A stretch of DNA of 64,000 nt. It comes from a virus. The position numbers were made by a program, and so were the translations under genes. Numbering within the stretch: the stretch's first letter is position 1; the number at the start of each line of letters is the position of its first letter. Positions 36,273-45,779 of the stretch are shown piece after piece. Location of the stretch: positions 64,001 to 128,000 of IMG/VR virus record IMGVR_UViG_3300045988_145033. One strand, 5' to 3'. The notes beneath the pieces are model-generated. The model was not told the DNA's origin, did no database searches, and was given only the letters and a program-made list of their open reading frames with translations.

Positions 36273-37745
36273 TTATCCTTCGTAACCTTCAGGGTATGCG
36301 ATATTAATTGTCATTCTTGATTTCTTGTGGTCGAATTTTCTAGTTTCTTCTATATCTTTATTTAAAGTCTTTATAACTATATTACAAGCTTCTATTGCTT
36401 CTTTAGTCTTTAGCTTTCTTCTTAAAGCTTGTGCTTCTTGCAGTACAATATACGCATTATTTATAGCATCCTTTTTGGAATATTTAGTTGTGATATACTC
36501 CATATCTATTTTAGCAATAGATGCTTCTCTTGCTATATCTGTAACTTTCATCATTTCTTTTTCTATTTCATCTTCTGTAAATGTAATAGATTCTGCGTAC
36601 ATTCTTATCTCTTTTCTTGCCATTTTATCTTGAAGTGCTGCAAGTATATCGCAAGATTCGGCATATTTTAGAAGCTCTTTAGATGCAAGTATTTGAGACG
36701 GTCTATCAGTTTTTATTTCGCTAAATCTATTACGAGATTTGTCTATTGCTGATAAGAAAGTTTCCATTTGTCCAAAAGATGCTGGAGTTTCAGAAAATCC
36801 AGAGTTTACTGACCTCATTATTCTTGAAAGTAGATAATCAAATGATGAACCTTTTTGGTTTTTACCAAGAGCTGAACGAAGTACAGTTTCTACATTTAAG
36901 AATTTGTGAGTATGATGTGTATTTATAATATTTTTAATAATATAAGCTACAGCTTCATCTAGTATTCTAATATTTTTGGTATCTCCTTTTACAGCATCGT
37001 TTATAACCTCAAATATTGTAAGAACGATAAGAGAAGTTCTAAAAGATTCTTGTGGAGTCTTATGATAATCGTTTACCCATCTATTTATAACACCATAAGA
37101 ATTCGTATCAACATTTTCCCTATTATTAGCATAATCTATAGTAGATGAAAAACTTTGCATAAGTCTATTAGCTTTTATAATTTGAGAAAGTCTTCCACAT
37201 AATTTAGGGAAGTTAGATACATAGGCTACAATTTGAGGAATAAATTCTTTATATATCTTTTCTTGTAAAAGTTTACTATCTATAGTTTCAGCCTTTATCT
37301 TATCACTTATTGTATCTATATATAGCTCATCTATAACCACCATTAAAGATGATATTTTGTAATCATTTACAAATACCTCTAAATCTCTTTGTAAAGCTTC
37401 AGCTAAATCCATATTCTCATATTCTTCTAAATCCTCATCATATTTAGATACTTCTATAGTAGCTGTATTTTTAGGAACAGCAAGCTCAGTTGCTCTACTT
37501 TTAACAATAGTCTCCATAATAGCATCAGCAGCACTCCACTGAGTTTCGTCTACACCCTTTCTATTAGGAAAACCTAGAGAAAAAATATAATCGGGATATA
37601 TGTCTATCATATCACTTGCATCTTCTGGATTAAAGCCTCTTATGTCTCTTTTACAGTAGGTAAAATTAAGAGTTATACCAGAAGCTTTATATATCTGAGA
37701 TGCCAAGTTATATAGTGGCTCTTTAAGTATTTCCAACTTATTCAT
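36273..37745 (-). CDS. Hypothetical protein (490 aa) directly upstream of terL. Possibly a terminase-associated protein or an unusually large small subunit.
   Basis: Stop lies 3 nt before the terL start. Has its own AACA-N6-TA promoter. No recognisable motif. Confidence 0.65.
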   Translation of the reverse strand: MNKLEILKEPLYNLASQIYKASGITLNFTYCKRDIRGFNPEDASDMIDIYPDYIFSLGFPNRKGVDETQWSAADAIMETIVKSRATELAVPKNTATIEVSKYDEDLEEYENMDLAEALQRDLEVFVNDYKISSLMVVIDELYIDTISDKIKAETIDSKLLQEKIYKEFIPQIVAYVSNFPKLCGRLSQIIKANRLMQSFSSTIDYANNRENVDTNSYGVINRWVNDYHKTPQESFRTSLIVLTIFEVINDAVKGDTKNIRILDEAVAYIIKNIINTHHTHKFLNVETVLRSALGKNQKGSSFDYLLSRIMRSVNSGFSETPASFGQMETFLSAIDKSRNRFSEIKTDRPSQILASKELLKYAESCDILAALQDKMARKEIRMYAESITFTEDEIEKEMMKVTDIAREASIAKIDMEYITTKYSKKDAINNAYIVLQEAQALRRKLKTKEAIEACNIVIKTLNKDIEETRKFDHKKSRMTINIAYPEGYEG

Positions 37746-37779
37746 ATATTAAAACCTCCTTGTTTTACTTAAAATATTA

Positions 37780-37791
37780 TATTTTGGTGTT
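37780..37791 (-). promoter_or_regulatory. Late-type promoter AACA-CCAAAA-TA-TAATATTTTAAG upstream of 36273..37745
   Basis: Consensus match between the terminator module and the RBS. Confidence 0.45.
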
Positions 37792-37830
37792 CGTAACAGA
37801 TGTATCTAGGAACATAGAAAAAAAAATAAA

Positions 37831-37848
37831 GGTGAGGCGAACCCCACC
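37831..37848 (-). terminator. Terminator GGTGAGG-cgaa-CCCCACC within the conserved module TAGGAACATAGAAAAAAAAATAAAGGTGAGG..CCCCACCAATATTCTTTTATT
   Basis: Same module as at ~47584 and ~49980. The minus-strand RNA stem includes a G-U wobble pair and is followed by a U-tract. Confidence 0.65.
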
Positions 37849-37857
37849 AATATTCTT

Positions 37858-38292
37858 TTATTTCTTTCTTCTGTAAAGAGGTTGGTTTGTTCCTTCCTCT
37901 CTAAGTTGGTCCTTACTTCTTATGTATTCATAGAACCCTTTATGCTTGAAGTCAGCCTTTTTAGTAACTGACCCATCAGGGTTTTGAGTTTCTGTTACAA
38001 TTCTTTCTGAATAAGCATAGAAGCAAGGTATCCATGAGTTAAGGTCCAAACAAATCACATTTACTGCTGGTGGGAATCCAGCTACGTGTATTGCTGTACA
38101 GAAGTTTTGTTCCATGTAGTCAATAACATCATTGCAGACATATAAGTAATTGTCTGGTGTCATTTGACTCCAAGCTTTTTTCAATTCTTCACTCAATTCC
38201 ACAACTTGGTATCCCTTTTCAGCAAGTTCTTGGATTTGATTAAGACCTAATACGTGATTTGAGCAGTTTAACAAGTTTTCTAATTTTTTCAT
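37858..38292 (-). CDS. Hypothetical early protein (144 aa)
   Basis: Immediately downstream of early module B, with a TAGGAGG RBS. Confidence 0.7.
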   Translation of the reverse strand: MKKLENLLNCSNHVLGLNQIQELAEKGYQVVELSEELKKAWSQMTPDNYLYVCNDVIDYMEQNFCTAIHVAGFPPAVNVICLDLNSWIPCFYAYSERIVTETQNPDGSVTKKADFKHKGFYEYIRSKDQLREEGTNQPLYRRKK

Positions 38293-38396
38293 TTTTGTAC
38301 CTCCTAGTACGGTTATTTTAAATTAAGACTATTTGGAACTCCTGAGCCTTCTCAGGTTTATTCCTTTTGTCTACGTTTATTATATATAATTGAAAT
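38293..38396 (-). promoter_or_regulatory. Early-type promoter/leader module B (hairpin CCTGAG-aagg-CTCAGG)
   Basis: Near-identical to modules A, C and D. The stem sequence differs, but base pairing is preserved. Confidence 0.55.
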
Positions 38397-38410
38397 ATAA
38401 AATCGTGTAA

Positions 38411-38670
38411 TTATCGTTTATTCCAATCTTCGTCAGGGTCGAAACTATTTTCTTTCTCCCATTTAACTTGAGCTTCTCTTGCATTACGAACAGCATCATT
38501 TCCATTATTTCTTGTAATAGATGCACCTTCTGTTACAAAGAAAAAACTCATATTATATTTCTTACAAAGTGCTTCCACTTCCTTACATAACTTTCTCGCC
38601 TTTTCCAACTTCTTTTCATCAATAACCTCTTTTTGAGACTCTGCTATCTTTCTTATTAAGCTTGTATTCA
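38411..38670 (-). CDS. Small hypothetical protein (~86 aa)
   Basis: Track ORF 38411..38818 is over-extended. ATG at ~38670 follows AAAGGAGGTTTTAAT. The upstream part would overlap the divergent promoter and gene 38755. Confidence 0.55.
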
Positions 38671-38715
38671 TATTAAAACCTCCTTTATTTAATCGTTTGC
38701 TACAAAACCACCAGA

Positions 38716-38727
38716 AACACCCGAATA
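38716..38727 (+). promoter_or_regulatory. Late-type promoter AACA-CCCGAA-TA-TATTAATTTTAAAAGGAGG
   Basis: Consensus match ~25 nt upstream of the RBS of 38755..40212. Confidence 0.5.
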
Positions 38728-38754
38728 TATTAATTTTAAAAGGAGGACTCGAAT

Positions 38755-40212
38755 ATGTATGTAAAAAAAGGTATTCCTTATAATATAGTAAGTGATGACG
38801 GATATACTGGTAATTCATTTATTACAATGTCTGATATAATTGCTAATGATATAATAATGGAAGCGATTTTTAATAATAAATCAAGAGAGCAAATAAAAGG
38901 ATTAGAAACAGAACCAGTTTCTCGTGAACTTTGTGAAAGTGTACTAGATAATATAAAATCTGATGAAGTTGAATATTCTATAGATAAGATAATAGATATA
39001 GATGCAATATATACATCATCTATACAATCACTAGATAGAGAATTCAATGTAGATGAAGTAACTTTACAAGGATGCGAATTTATTGTAGATGATTATGGTT
39101 CTTCATTCACTGTAATAAAAGTGGTAACTTATGAAAATATCGAAGGAAATGAACTTAATCAAGTTCATTATTTACTACCGCTTTTCCACCATGATGTAGT
39201 TCTTGCAAATAAAGTAACGTATGCTTTACACGTATCTGGAAATGGAGAATGTGAATTTTTAAGACTTCCTATGATAGAATCAGGAGACACGTATGCTATT
39301 GATAGTCGTGAACTTGTAAATAAACTATTGGAAACTAAAGCATATTCTATGTGGTTTATGAACCTTATACAACATAAGAAACTTTTAGTAGTTCCGAAAG
39401 AAGATTTCGCTGTTCAACTTGCAAGACTTGGAATTGTGAACTTTATACCAGCACAAGGATTAGGAGTTTATCTTGACGGACAAAATAAAACTCTTATGGG
39501 TAATATAGTTGACAATAACATAAGACTTCAAAAGTTTGACGTTGATGAGATTAATAATTCTAAAGATATGATAGTTATGTATGATAATCGTTCATACAAT
39601 GAAAATCTTCTAAATCATAGACTTCCTATATCTATATCTATATTAGATGAGGGACAAGTTATGTATGCTGGAATGTATATGGACGATACATTTATAGAAA
39701 TAGCAGATAATAGAATGAAGTATATGGAAGCTGACACTTCTACTAAAATTGGAAGGCTTGCTGAAAAAGCTAAAAGAATACCAAGACAAATAGTAGAAAA
39801 AGGTGAAAAGCTTATATCTGAGCTTAGAGGCTTTATGGTTGAATGGAGAAAGGCAAAAGATGATGCTTTAAGAGAAAAGGTTATAAATGATGAGTTTATT
39901 CCTATTCTTGATAACTCTATGCAATGGCTTGTAGGTGCCGCAACTGGATTTGGAATATACTTTCTTGTCACAGCAAACCCACTTATTGCTATACTTGGTG
40001 GATATGGAGCTAAAGTTGTAAAAGGAGTTCATGATGCTAAAACTCGTGAAAGAGTTTTAAAGATGATAAAAGATGAACTCGAAATAATAGATGAGAAGAT
40101 AAACGATGCTAAAAACTCAGATGACAGAAAGAAGAAATATGCTCTTATGAGAATTAAGCAATCACTTGAAAAGAAGCTACTTGGTATAGTAAGAACTAAG
40201 AAATACGTATAA
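38755..40212 (+). CDS. Hypothetical protein (485 aa) with a C-proximal TM/hydrophobic segment. First gene of the head-gene block.
   Basis: ORF with AAAAGGAGG RBS. Hydrophobic segment WLVGAATGFGIYFLVTANPLIAILGGYGA. Confidence 0.7.
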   Translation: MYVKKGIPYNIVSDDGYTGNSFITMSDIIANDIIMEAIFNNKSREQIKGLETEPVSRELCESVLDNIKSDEVEYSIDKIIDIDAIYTSSIQSLDREFNVDEVTLQGCEFIVDDYGSSFTVIKVVTYENIEGNELNQVHYLLPLFHHDVVLANKVTYALHVSGNGECEFLRLPMIESGDTYAIDSRELVNKLLETKAYSMWFMNLIQHKKLLVVPKEDFAVQLARLGIVNFIPAQGLGVYLDGQNKTLMGNIVDNNIRLQKFDVDEINNSKDMIVMYDNRSYNENLLNHRLPISISILDEGQVMYAGMYMDDTFIEIADNRMKYMEADTSTKIGRLAEKAKRIPRQIVEKGEKLISELRGFMVEWRKAKDDALREKVINDEFIPILDNSMQWLVGAATGFGIYFLVTANPLIAILGGYGAKVVKGVHDAKTRERVLKMIKDELEIIDEKINDAKNSDDRKKKYALMRIKQSLEKKLLGIVRTKKYV

Positions 40213-40229
40213 GGAGGTGTAATACTTAT

Positions 40230-40883
40230 ATGAGAGGTTTCTTAAATAAACTAGAAGAAGTTAATAAAAAGAAAAGACCAAATCTTTATGGTGAAGCTGA
40301 TATAGATGGCTTCGATACATCTACATTTGATTTACCTGATTATATGGGAGCAGATAATGACCCAGTTCCACCAGAACCTGAACCAGAAGAACCAGAGTTT
40401 CAAGAACCTGAAGATGATACAGGAGATGATATACCAGAACCCGAGCCTGAAGAACCAGAGTTTACAGACCCTGACCCAGATGATGGCTTTGACCCTGAAA
40501 ACCCTGAACTTCAAGAAGATGCAGGAGAACCCGGAGATACTCCAAATGAAGACAACGCTTTTACAGAAGGGGAAGATGAGGATACTCCTGTATTTAGAAG
40601 AAAGACTAAAAAACTTAATAAAGCATTTGCATCTTTGTATGACCAATATAAAGACTTAATAGCAAAGCTTAAGAATATAGACGCTACAGGAGATAAGGCT
40701 ACAGTTATAAATACTTATATAGATGAGTATGAAGAAAACTTACAAGCCTTAGTTGAGTATGTAAATGATAATACTGATACTTGGGTTATAAGATTTCAAA
40801 CCTATGTAGAATTTCGTGCTACATTTGCAACTATTAATAAGAAACTGTCTTCTATAGAGGAAGATGTAAATATACTGTCGTAA
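40230..40883 (+). CDS. Acidic Pro/Glu-rich repeat protein (217 aa), candidate scaffolding or decoration protein upstream of the capsid gene
   Basis: PEPEPEEPEFQEPEDD / PEPEPEEPEFTDPDPDD tandem repeat. C-terminal helical region. Position next to the MCP candidate. Confidence 0.6.
   Translation: MRGFLNKLEEVNKKKRPNLYGEADIDGFDTSTFDLPDYMGADNDPVPPEPEPEEPEFQEPEDDTGDDIPEPEPEEPEFTDPDPDDGFDPENPELQEDAGEPGDTPNEDNAFTEGEDEDTPVFRRKTKKLNKAFASLYDQYKDLIAKLKNIDATGDKATVINTYIDEYEENLQALVEYVNDNTDTWVIRFQTYVEFRATFATINKKLSSIEEDVNILS
40371..40463 (+). repeat. Imperfect ~30-bp tandem DNA repeat CCAGAACC(T/C)GA(A/G)CC(A/T)GAAGAACCAGAGTTT (2 copies, 33 bp apart) encoding PEPEPEEPEF
   Basis: Copies at ~40371-40400 and ~40434-40463. 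Confidence 0.6.
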
Positions 40884-40897
40884 AAACAGTTGAAAAA

Positions 40898-40909
40898 ACA
40901 GCAGTTTAG
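40898..40909 (+). promoter_or_regulatory. Late-type promoter AACA-GCAGTT-TA-GATTAAAATTAAAATTG upstream of the MCP candidate
   Basis: Full consensus. A ~40-nt leader runs to the TAGGAGGTATAAAAT RBS. Confidence 0.55.
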
Positions 40910-40949
40910 ATTAAAATTAAAATTGAAAAATAACTAGGAGGTATAAAAT

Positions 40950-42704
40950 ATGGATAATAATACTATGCTTGTAAGAACAAGCTTACGTTCACCTAGCAAT
41001 GACGGTAAAGCTAGAGTTAAAGCATCTATCGTTGGTGTAAAAGACGTTCTTACTGGATTTAAACAATATGCGGAGTCTCAAGGGATTAACTTCTCTTCTA
41101 ACTCAGCACCTTCAGCTATGAAAGCTCATATGCAAGGATTAAAAGACCAAATGACTGCTAAAATAGTTGCAGACAGTCAAAGCACTAGATTTGGAAATGA
41201 CACGCAAGGAAGAGTTATGTATGCTGAAATGCAAAAAATAGCTAAATCAGACGTAGCAACAATAGGAGCAAGACTTGAAAATGAAATAAACCTATATGCG
41301 GAAGGTATGATGGCAGGGGAATATCACCCATTCCAACTTGCAATATTACCACACGTGTACTTAGAAACATTATCTCAAAATAGTAGATTTTTAATGCCTA
41401 CTAAAGAATATGTATCTGAACAATTACCACCAAGAAAAATGATTACAAGACAAGTGGTAATCGAAGGTAAGAAATATGACTTCCCTCATTGCTTAAAGAA
41501 TCCTGAAGTAATGAGAAAATTAAGAACTGCTGGAAGTAAAGCTATTGAATACAAATTAACAGATATGACAAAAACTGCATTTAATATCTTTACTGAATCT
41601 CATGAAGGAACTGTAGGAGAATCAACTCTTATTCCTCAACTTGACATCATAAAAGTAAAATACCATGATGCAGGAACAGCAGCAGATGAAGAAGTTGAAT
41701 TAAATGTATCTAATATAAACCCAGATGCACATAACTACACTATGGGTAGATTATTCAAAACTTTAAAATCACCGAAAGCAAATGCTACTACAGAAGTAAC
41801 TATATCAGCTGAAGTAAACTTTGCAACTGGAGATATTAAACTTATTAAATCTACTGAAGTAAAAGAAATTACATTCAGAGCTCATATGTCTGGAGCTTAT
41901 AATAGAAAATCAGCATCAATAGATATTGAAACTAAACCAATCATACAAGTGATTAAAAATAGAATCAATATGCTATTTGACTATGACCCGGGTTCAATGC
42001 AAAACTTCTTATCTTTAGAAAATATAGATGGAGTTTTGGAAGGACAATCTATTATATTCGACGTTGTTGTATCAGCAAAAGACCAATTTGTATTTGATAC
42101 ATTAAATGGAGTATTAGACCAATTAAAAACAGCAAAAGCTGCTGGTTTTGATTTTGAAAATTCAGATATGGGATACTATACTGGAACTCACTATACTAAA
42201 CCGGGGGTAACTAATGGATTTAGACCTACATCTCCTGAACAATGGGACATTGAAGAACTAGGAAGAAGAATGAAAGAAGTTCACACTAATATGGGAACTA
42301 AATTCAAATCTGTTTCTGGTTTACAATTCAACTGGTGGGCATCTCCAGTGAACACTGCAAGATTTATAAGAAGTACACCAATCTTAACTAAGAATGAAAA
42401 CTATGGTGGTATGACAAATGAATACGCTGTATATGGACTTCAAATAGCAGGACAAACTTGCAAAATGGTAGAAACTGAAAGAGCGTTAGATAATGAAGGA
42501 TTAAAATGTGTTCCTTATTCTAATATGGAATCTCAACCAACATTTGAATTCCAACAAGGACCACACGCATTATATACTGATGGAACATTCAGAAATCCAA
42601 CAAGACCTCATATGCCAGCTATAGCATACTATGATTACTATGATTGTAACTATATCTATGCAATACTTGGACATATTGATATCAAAGATACAGTTGCACC
42701 ATAA
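40950..42704 (+). CDS. Putative major capsid protein (584 aa)
   Basis: Strong RBS. Codon usage and GC are visibly different from the neighbours, consistent with high expression. It has a dedicated late promoter and a strong terminator, and follows an acidic scaffold-like gene. No motif-level proof. Confidence 0.45.
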   Translation: MDNNTMLVRTSLRSPSNDGKARVKASIVGVKDVLTGFKQYAESQGINFSSNSAPSAMKAHMQGLKDQMTAKIVADSQSTRFGNDTQGRVMYAEMQKIAKSDVATIGARLENEINLYAEGMMAGEYHPFQLAILPHVYLETLSQNSRFLMPTKEYVSEQLPPRKMITRQVVIEGKKYDFPHCLKNPEVMRKLRTAGSKAIEYKLTDMTKTAFNIFTESHEGTVGESTLIPQLDIIKVKYHDAGTAADEEVELNVSNINPDAHNYTMGRLFKTLKSPKANATTEVTISAEVNFATGDIKLIKSTEVKEITFRAHMSGAYNRKSASIDIETKPIIQVIKNRINMLFDYDPGSMQNFLSLENIDGVLEGQSIIFDVVVSAKDQFVFDTLNGVLDQLKTAKAAGFDFENSDMGYYTGTHYTKPGVTNGFRPTSPEQWDIEELGRRMKEVHTNMGTKFKSVSGLQFNWWASPVNTARFIRSTPILTKNENYGGMTNEYAVYGLQIAGQTCKMVETERALDNEGLKCVPYSNMESQPTFEFQQGPHALYTDGTFRNPTRPHMPAIAYYDYYDCNYIYAILGHIDIKDTVAP

Positions 42705-42756
42705 TAAGATAAAGGCGTTCCACTGCCATAAATGAAGGAGCTATATAATACATGAG

Positions 42757-42776
42757 TGCTACCCGAAAGGGTAGCA
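42757..42776 (+). terminator. Terminator TGCTACCC-gaaa-GGGTAGCA with a GNRA loop and T-rich tail
   Basis: Perfect 8-bp stem 50 nt after the MCP-candidate stop, followed by TTTCATTTACTTTTTG. Confidence 0.7.
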
Positions 42777-42795
42777 TTTCATTTACTTTTTGAAA

Positions 42796-42807
42796 AACAG
42801 CGACGTA
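42796..42807 (+). promoter_or_regulatory. Late-type promoter AACA-GCGACG-TA
   Basis: Consensus core upstream of 42839..43204. Confidence 0.45.
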
Positions 42808-42838
42808 AGAGAGAAAGAATCTAAAGGAGGAACTAAAA

Positions 42839-43204
42839 ATGAATATTGAAATTAAAGAAGATTTTGTAGCACCCTTTTTAAATGTAGACCCTACTTGGAT
42901 AGATGAGCTTATAGCATCTAAAACCGATATACAAAATAAGGTAATTTGTATAGAAGAGTTATCCGAGCTTACTAAAGAGATTACAAAGGAGATAAGAGGT
43001 GAAGATAATAAATATGAGATAGTTGATGAAATGGTAGATGTTATAATATCACTTCAAATTATGGCAAGACTGTATCATATAACTCAAAATACTCTTGATA
43101 GTGCGTATAATAAAAAGATGAGAAGAAACCTAGAGAGGATTAGAGTTAATAAGTGGACAAGTGATATTATAAATAAGATAAAGGGTGGTGTAAATGGGAA
43201 TTAA
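42839..43204 (+). CDS. MazG-like all-alpha NTP pyrophosphohydrolase (121 aa)
   Basis: EExxE-type motif ICIEELSELTKEITKEIRGE and ExxD-type EMVDVIISLQIMARLYHI. The size is typical of phage MazG. Confidence 0.5.
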   Translation: MNIEIKEDFVAPFLNVDPTWIDELIASKTDIQNKVICIEELSELTKEITKEIRGEDNKYEIVDEMVDVIISLQIMARLYHITQNTLDSAYNKKMRRNLERIRVNKWTSDIINKIKGGVNGN

Positions 43205-43826
43205 ATACGAAGCACTCACAAAGAATATAGAGAAGAACTTTAAGCTAAAACTTTGTGCAAATGATGATAAGTCTATAAAGTATATAAATAGATTCATAAA
43301 GGATAAGAAATATATAGTTGTAGGGGAAGCAGTATATCTTATATCTGATATAGAAAGTGTAGGAGATGACGTTATAATTCACTGTAAGCCTTTAGATGAC
43401 GTTATGTTTGTTTATGGCTTAGATATTCAAGTAGAGACCGACTATGAGCTAGATATGGCTCGTATCGACTTTAAAGCGACGTCTGTTGATAGTAAACCTT
43501 TTCTATCCATAGATGATGAGAACTACGAAACTGAACTTAAAGAGAGTATAGTAGTCGATACTAATAAGAAAGAATCAAGTATTGATAGAGTATTTCATTA
43601 TGTAGCTTCTGTTGATTTAGTAGTTTATATAAATGGAGTATATACTGAGATAGTAGAGCCTTTAATAGACGTTAATGATTTAGTTCATCTTGATAAAGCT
43701 GACGTTATGAAAATAGGAAATACGCTATACGATAAGAACAAAGCTATCGCTAAAATCATAAAAGAGCTACCACAAAACAGTAAAAATGTGGAAAAAAAGA
43801 AAGGACTTTTTTCTTTCTTAAAATAA
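43194..43826 (+). CDS. Hypothetical protein (210 aa)
   Basis: Its start overlaps the previous gene by ~11 nt. Confidence 0.65.
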   Translation: MGIKYEALTKNIEKNFKLKLCANDDKSIKYINRFIKDKKYIVVGEAVYLISDIESVGDDVIIHCKPLDDVMFVYGLDIQVETDYELDMARIDFKATSVDSKPFLSIDDENYETELKESIVVDTNKKESSIDRVFHYVASVDLVVYINGVYTEIVEPLIDVNDLVHLDKADVMKIGNTLYDKNKAIAKIIKELPQNSKNVEKKKGLFSFLK

Positions 43827-43870
43827 TAATTTATATCTATGTATTTATTTAGGGAAGGAGTGTGTTCGAT

Positions 43871-43987
43871 ATGGATATATTGCATTGTGACATAATAGAT
43901 TTATTTAATCTGCTCATGTATGCTATTGCAACTTCATGCTATATCACAACAGTGGGAGTCCTTGATTTAATCTTAGAACCTAAATGA
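43871..43987 (+). CDS. Small hydrophobic peptide (38 aa): MDILHCDIIDLFNLLMYAIATSCYITTVGVLDLILEPK
   Basis: ATG preceded by GGAAGGAG. Followed by a perfect terminator hairpin. Confidence 0.3.
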   Translation: MDILHCDIIDLFNLLMYAIATSCYITTVGVLDLILEPK

Positions 43988-43998
43988 TAAAATTATGT

Positions 43999-44023
43999 AA
44001 ACGGTGGGATTTTCCCACCGTTT
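43999..44023 (+). terminator. Terminator AAACGGTGGGA-tttt-TCCCACCGTTT
   Basis: Perfect 11-bp stem with a T-rich tail. Confidence 0.7.
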
Positions 44024-44080
44024 ATTTGTGTAACGAACAATTTTTTGATATAAATTAATATAATTCAGGAGGTTTAAAAT

Positions 44081-44872
44081 ATGGATAAAAGACCAAAGAT
44101 TATAACTCTTTATGGAGAGTCTGAAATATCAGCAACTCCTAGAAAGAGAATAGTTGATAGAAAATATGTAGGTAATCAAATAGTATGGGTACAAGAATGT
44201 CTTACATTTGGAAGAACTACAAGAAATGGAAATGATTTCTTAGAAGAAAACTTTAGAGAAGCAGTAGAAGACCCTTTCGTTAATGACAGATTAAAAGGTA
44301 ATAGATTCTTCTCAGAACTTGACCACCCTAGCAAAAGCGATACAGAAAGATTCGTGCAAGTATACTTACAAAATATAGCATATAGAAATAAGCACTTCTT
44401 CTTTGAAAATGGAACTATGTATTCTGAATGTGAAACTATAGATACTCCATCTGGAAAGATAGTAAGAACTCTTATAGAATCTGATGCTGAAATAGCTGTA
44501 TCTTTTAGAGGATATGGAGTGCCTAAACTTGACGGAAATGGAGAAACTATAAAGCTTGTAGCATTTGACGTTGTATATCAACCAAGTGACCCAACTTCAC
44601 TTTCAAGAGAAGAATCATTTAGAAATCAAATGTATGCAGAAGGATATAGTGCATCTGAGTTCGCAAGAATAGCAATGAGGGATAATTTAGTTGCTTATGA
44701 TACTATTCCTAAAAATTCAGGACTTTATGCTGAAGCTTCATTTGAAGGTATAAGACCTAAGCAAGTTATAAAATACGGAGATGACGTTTTAGGTATTACT
44801 TATGAAACTAAGGAAGAAATAGAAAGAAATGCTAAAGCTCAAGGATTTAGAAACTTTATCATAAATCTATAA
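44081..44872 (+). CDS. Hypothetical head-module protein (263 aa). Candidate prohead protease or scaffold by position only.
   Basis: ORF with CAGGAGG RBS. An AACA-ATTTTT-TG motif lies upstream. Confidence 0.6.
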   Translation: MDKRPKIITLYGESEISATPRKRIVDRKYVGNQIVWVQECLTFGRTTRNGNDFLEENFREAVEDPFVNDRLKGNRFFSELDHPSKSDTERFVQVYLQNIAYRNKHFFFENGTMYSECETIDTPSGKIVRTLIESDAEIAVSFRGYGVPKLDGNGETIKLVAFDVVYQPSDPTSLSREESFRNQMYAEGYSASEFARIAMRDNLVAYDTIPKNSGLYAEASFEGIRPKQVIKYGDDVLGITYETKEEIERNAKAQGFRNFIINL

Positions 44873-44886
44873 GGAGCTCTGATAAT

Positions 44887-45702
44887 ATGAACCCTAATAG
44901 ACTTATAAAAGATGTAAAGGAAAAATTAGGAATAGGAACTTTTATAGAAACTAAATATACAGATTATGATTTATATGATAGGATATTATCATCTGCAAGA
45001 ATGTGGTTCTCAAGAATATACGCTTATGAAATATTTATACCGTCTATGAAATTTGATAATTCTTTAAGATATAATGGTAGAGTGTATTCATATAAGATAC
45101 CAGAATATATCACAAAAGAGCTAGCTTATGAAAAAACTGGAGTTATAGATGTAAGACATTTGCGTCAAGCATTTTCAACTGTAGAAGATACAGGTATGAT
45201 GTATCTTCCTACAGCAGATACTATGTATCCGCCACCAGCTGACGGTGTAGGTTCTACCTATATGGGAGCTATGAGTGCAACTCCGTCATACTATATGCAA
45301 GGACTTGCTCCATATATAGGAATGGCTCAAACTCAAGCATCTTATGAAATGTATAGAAAACCTATAAAGGCTAAGTTCCGTTCTCCTAATATAATAGAAT
45401 TCGATTTAAGAGGAATGTCACCTGTTGGAACTAATTGGGAGCTACGTTTAAAAGTAGGACACCCTATGAGTTTATTTAGTGTAGATGAGCCACACTATCT
45501 TATATTTCAAAACTTAGCTGTATTTGATATACAGGAGTTCTTATGGAATAGTGAACTTAAAGGACTTGATGGACTTACTAACGGTTATGATAATATATCT
45601 TTAAAGATAGATGATTGGGCTAATGCCTCTGAGCGTAGAGCTGAGTATATAGAAAAGCTTGAAGCTGATGTAGTTCTAATGGAAGGAATTACGACTTATT
45701 AA
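44887..45702 (+). CDS. Hypothetical protein (271 aa)
   Basis: Begins 12 nt after the previous stop. Confidence 0.65.
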   Translation: MNPNRLIKDVKEKLGIGTFIETKYTDYDLYDRILSSARMWFSRIYAYEIFIPSMKFDNSLRYNGRVYSYKIPEYITKELAYEKTGVIDVRHLRQAFSTVEDTGMMYLPTADTMYPPPADGVGSTYMGAMSATPSYYMQGLAPYIGMAQTQASYEMYRKPIKAKFRSPNIIEFDLRGMSPVGTNWELRLKVGHPMSLFSVDEPHYLIFQNLAVFDIQEFLWNSELKGLDGLTNGYDNISLKIDDWANASERRAEYIEKLEADVVLMEGITTY

Positions 45703-45779
45703 AATGTGACAACACTAGATTGTGATAAGTTAGGTATATAACATCTGAAGCTAGAAAAACTGGTACAAGAATATTAGTC

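Noticed and set aside
44081-44872. Assigning 44081..44872 as the prohead protease
   Set aside because: It has the right size and position, but I could not identify a His/Ser catalytic pair in a recognisable protease context by eye. It is left as hypothetical and flagged for testing.
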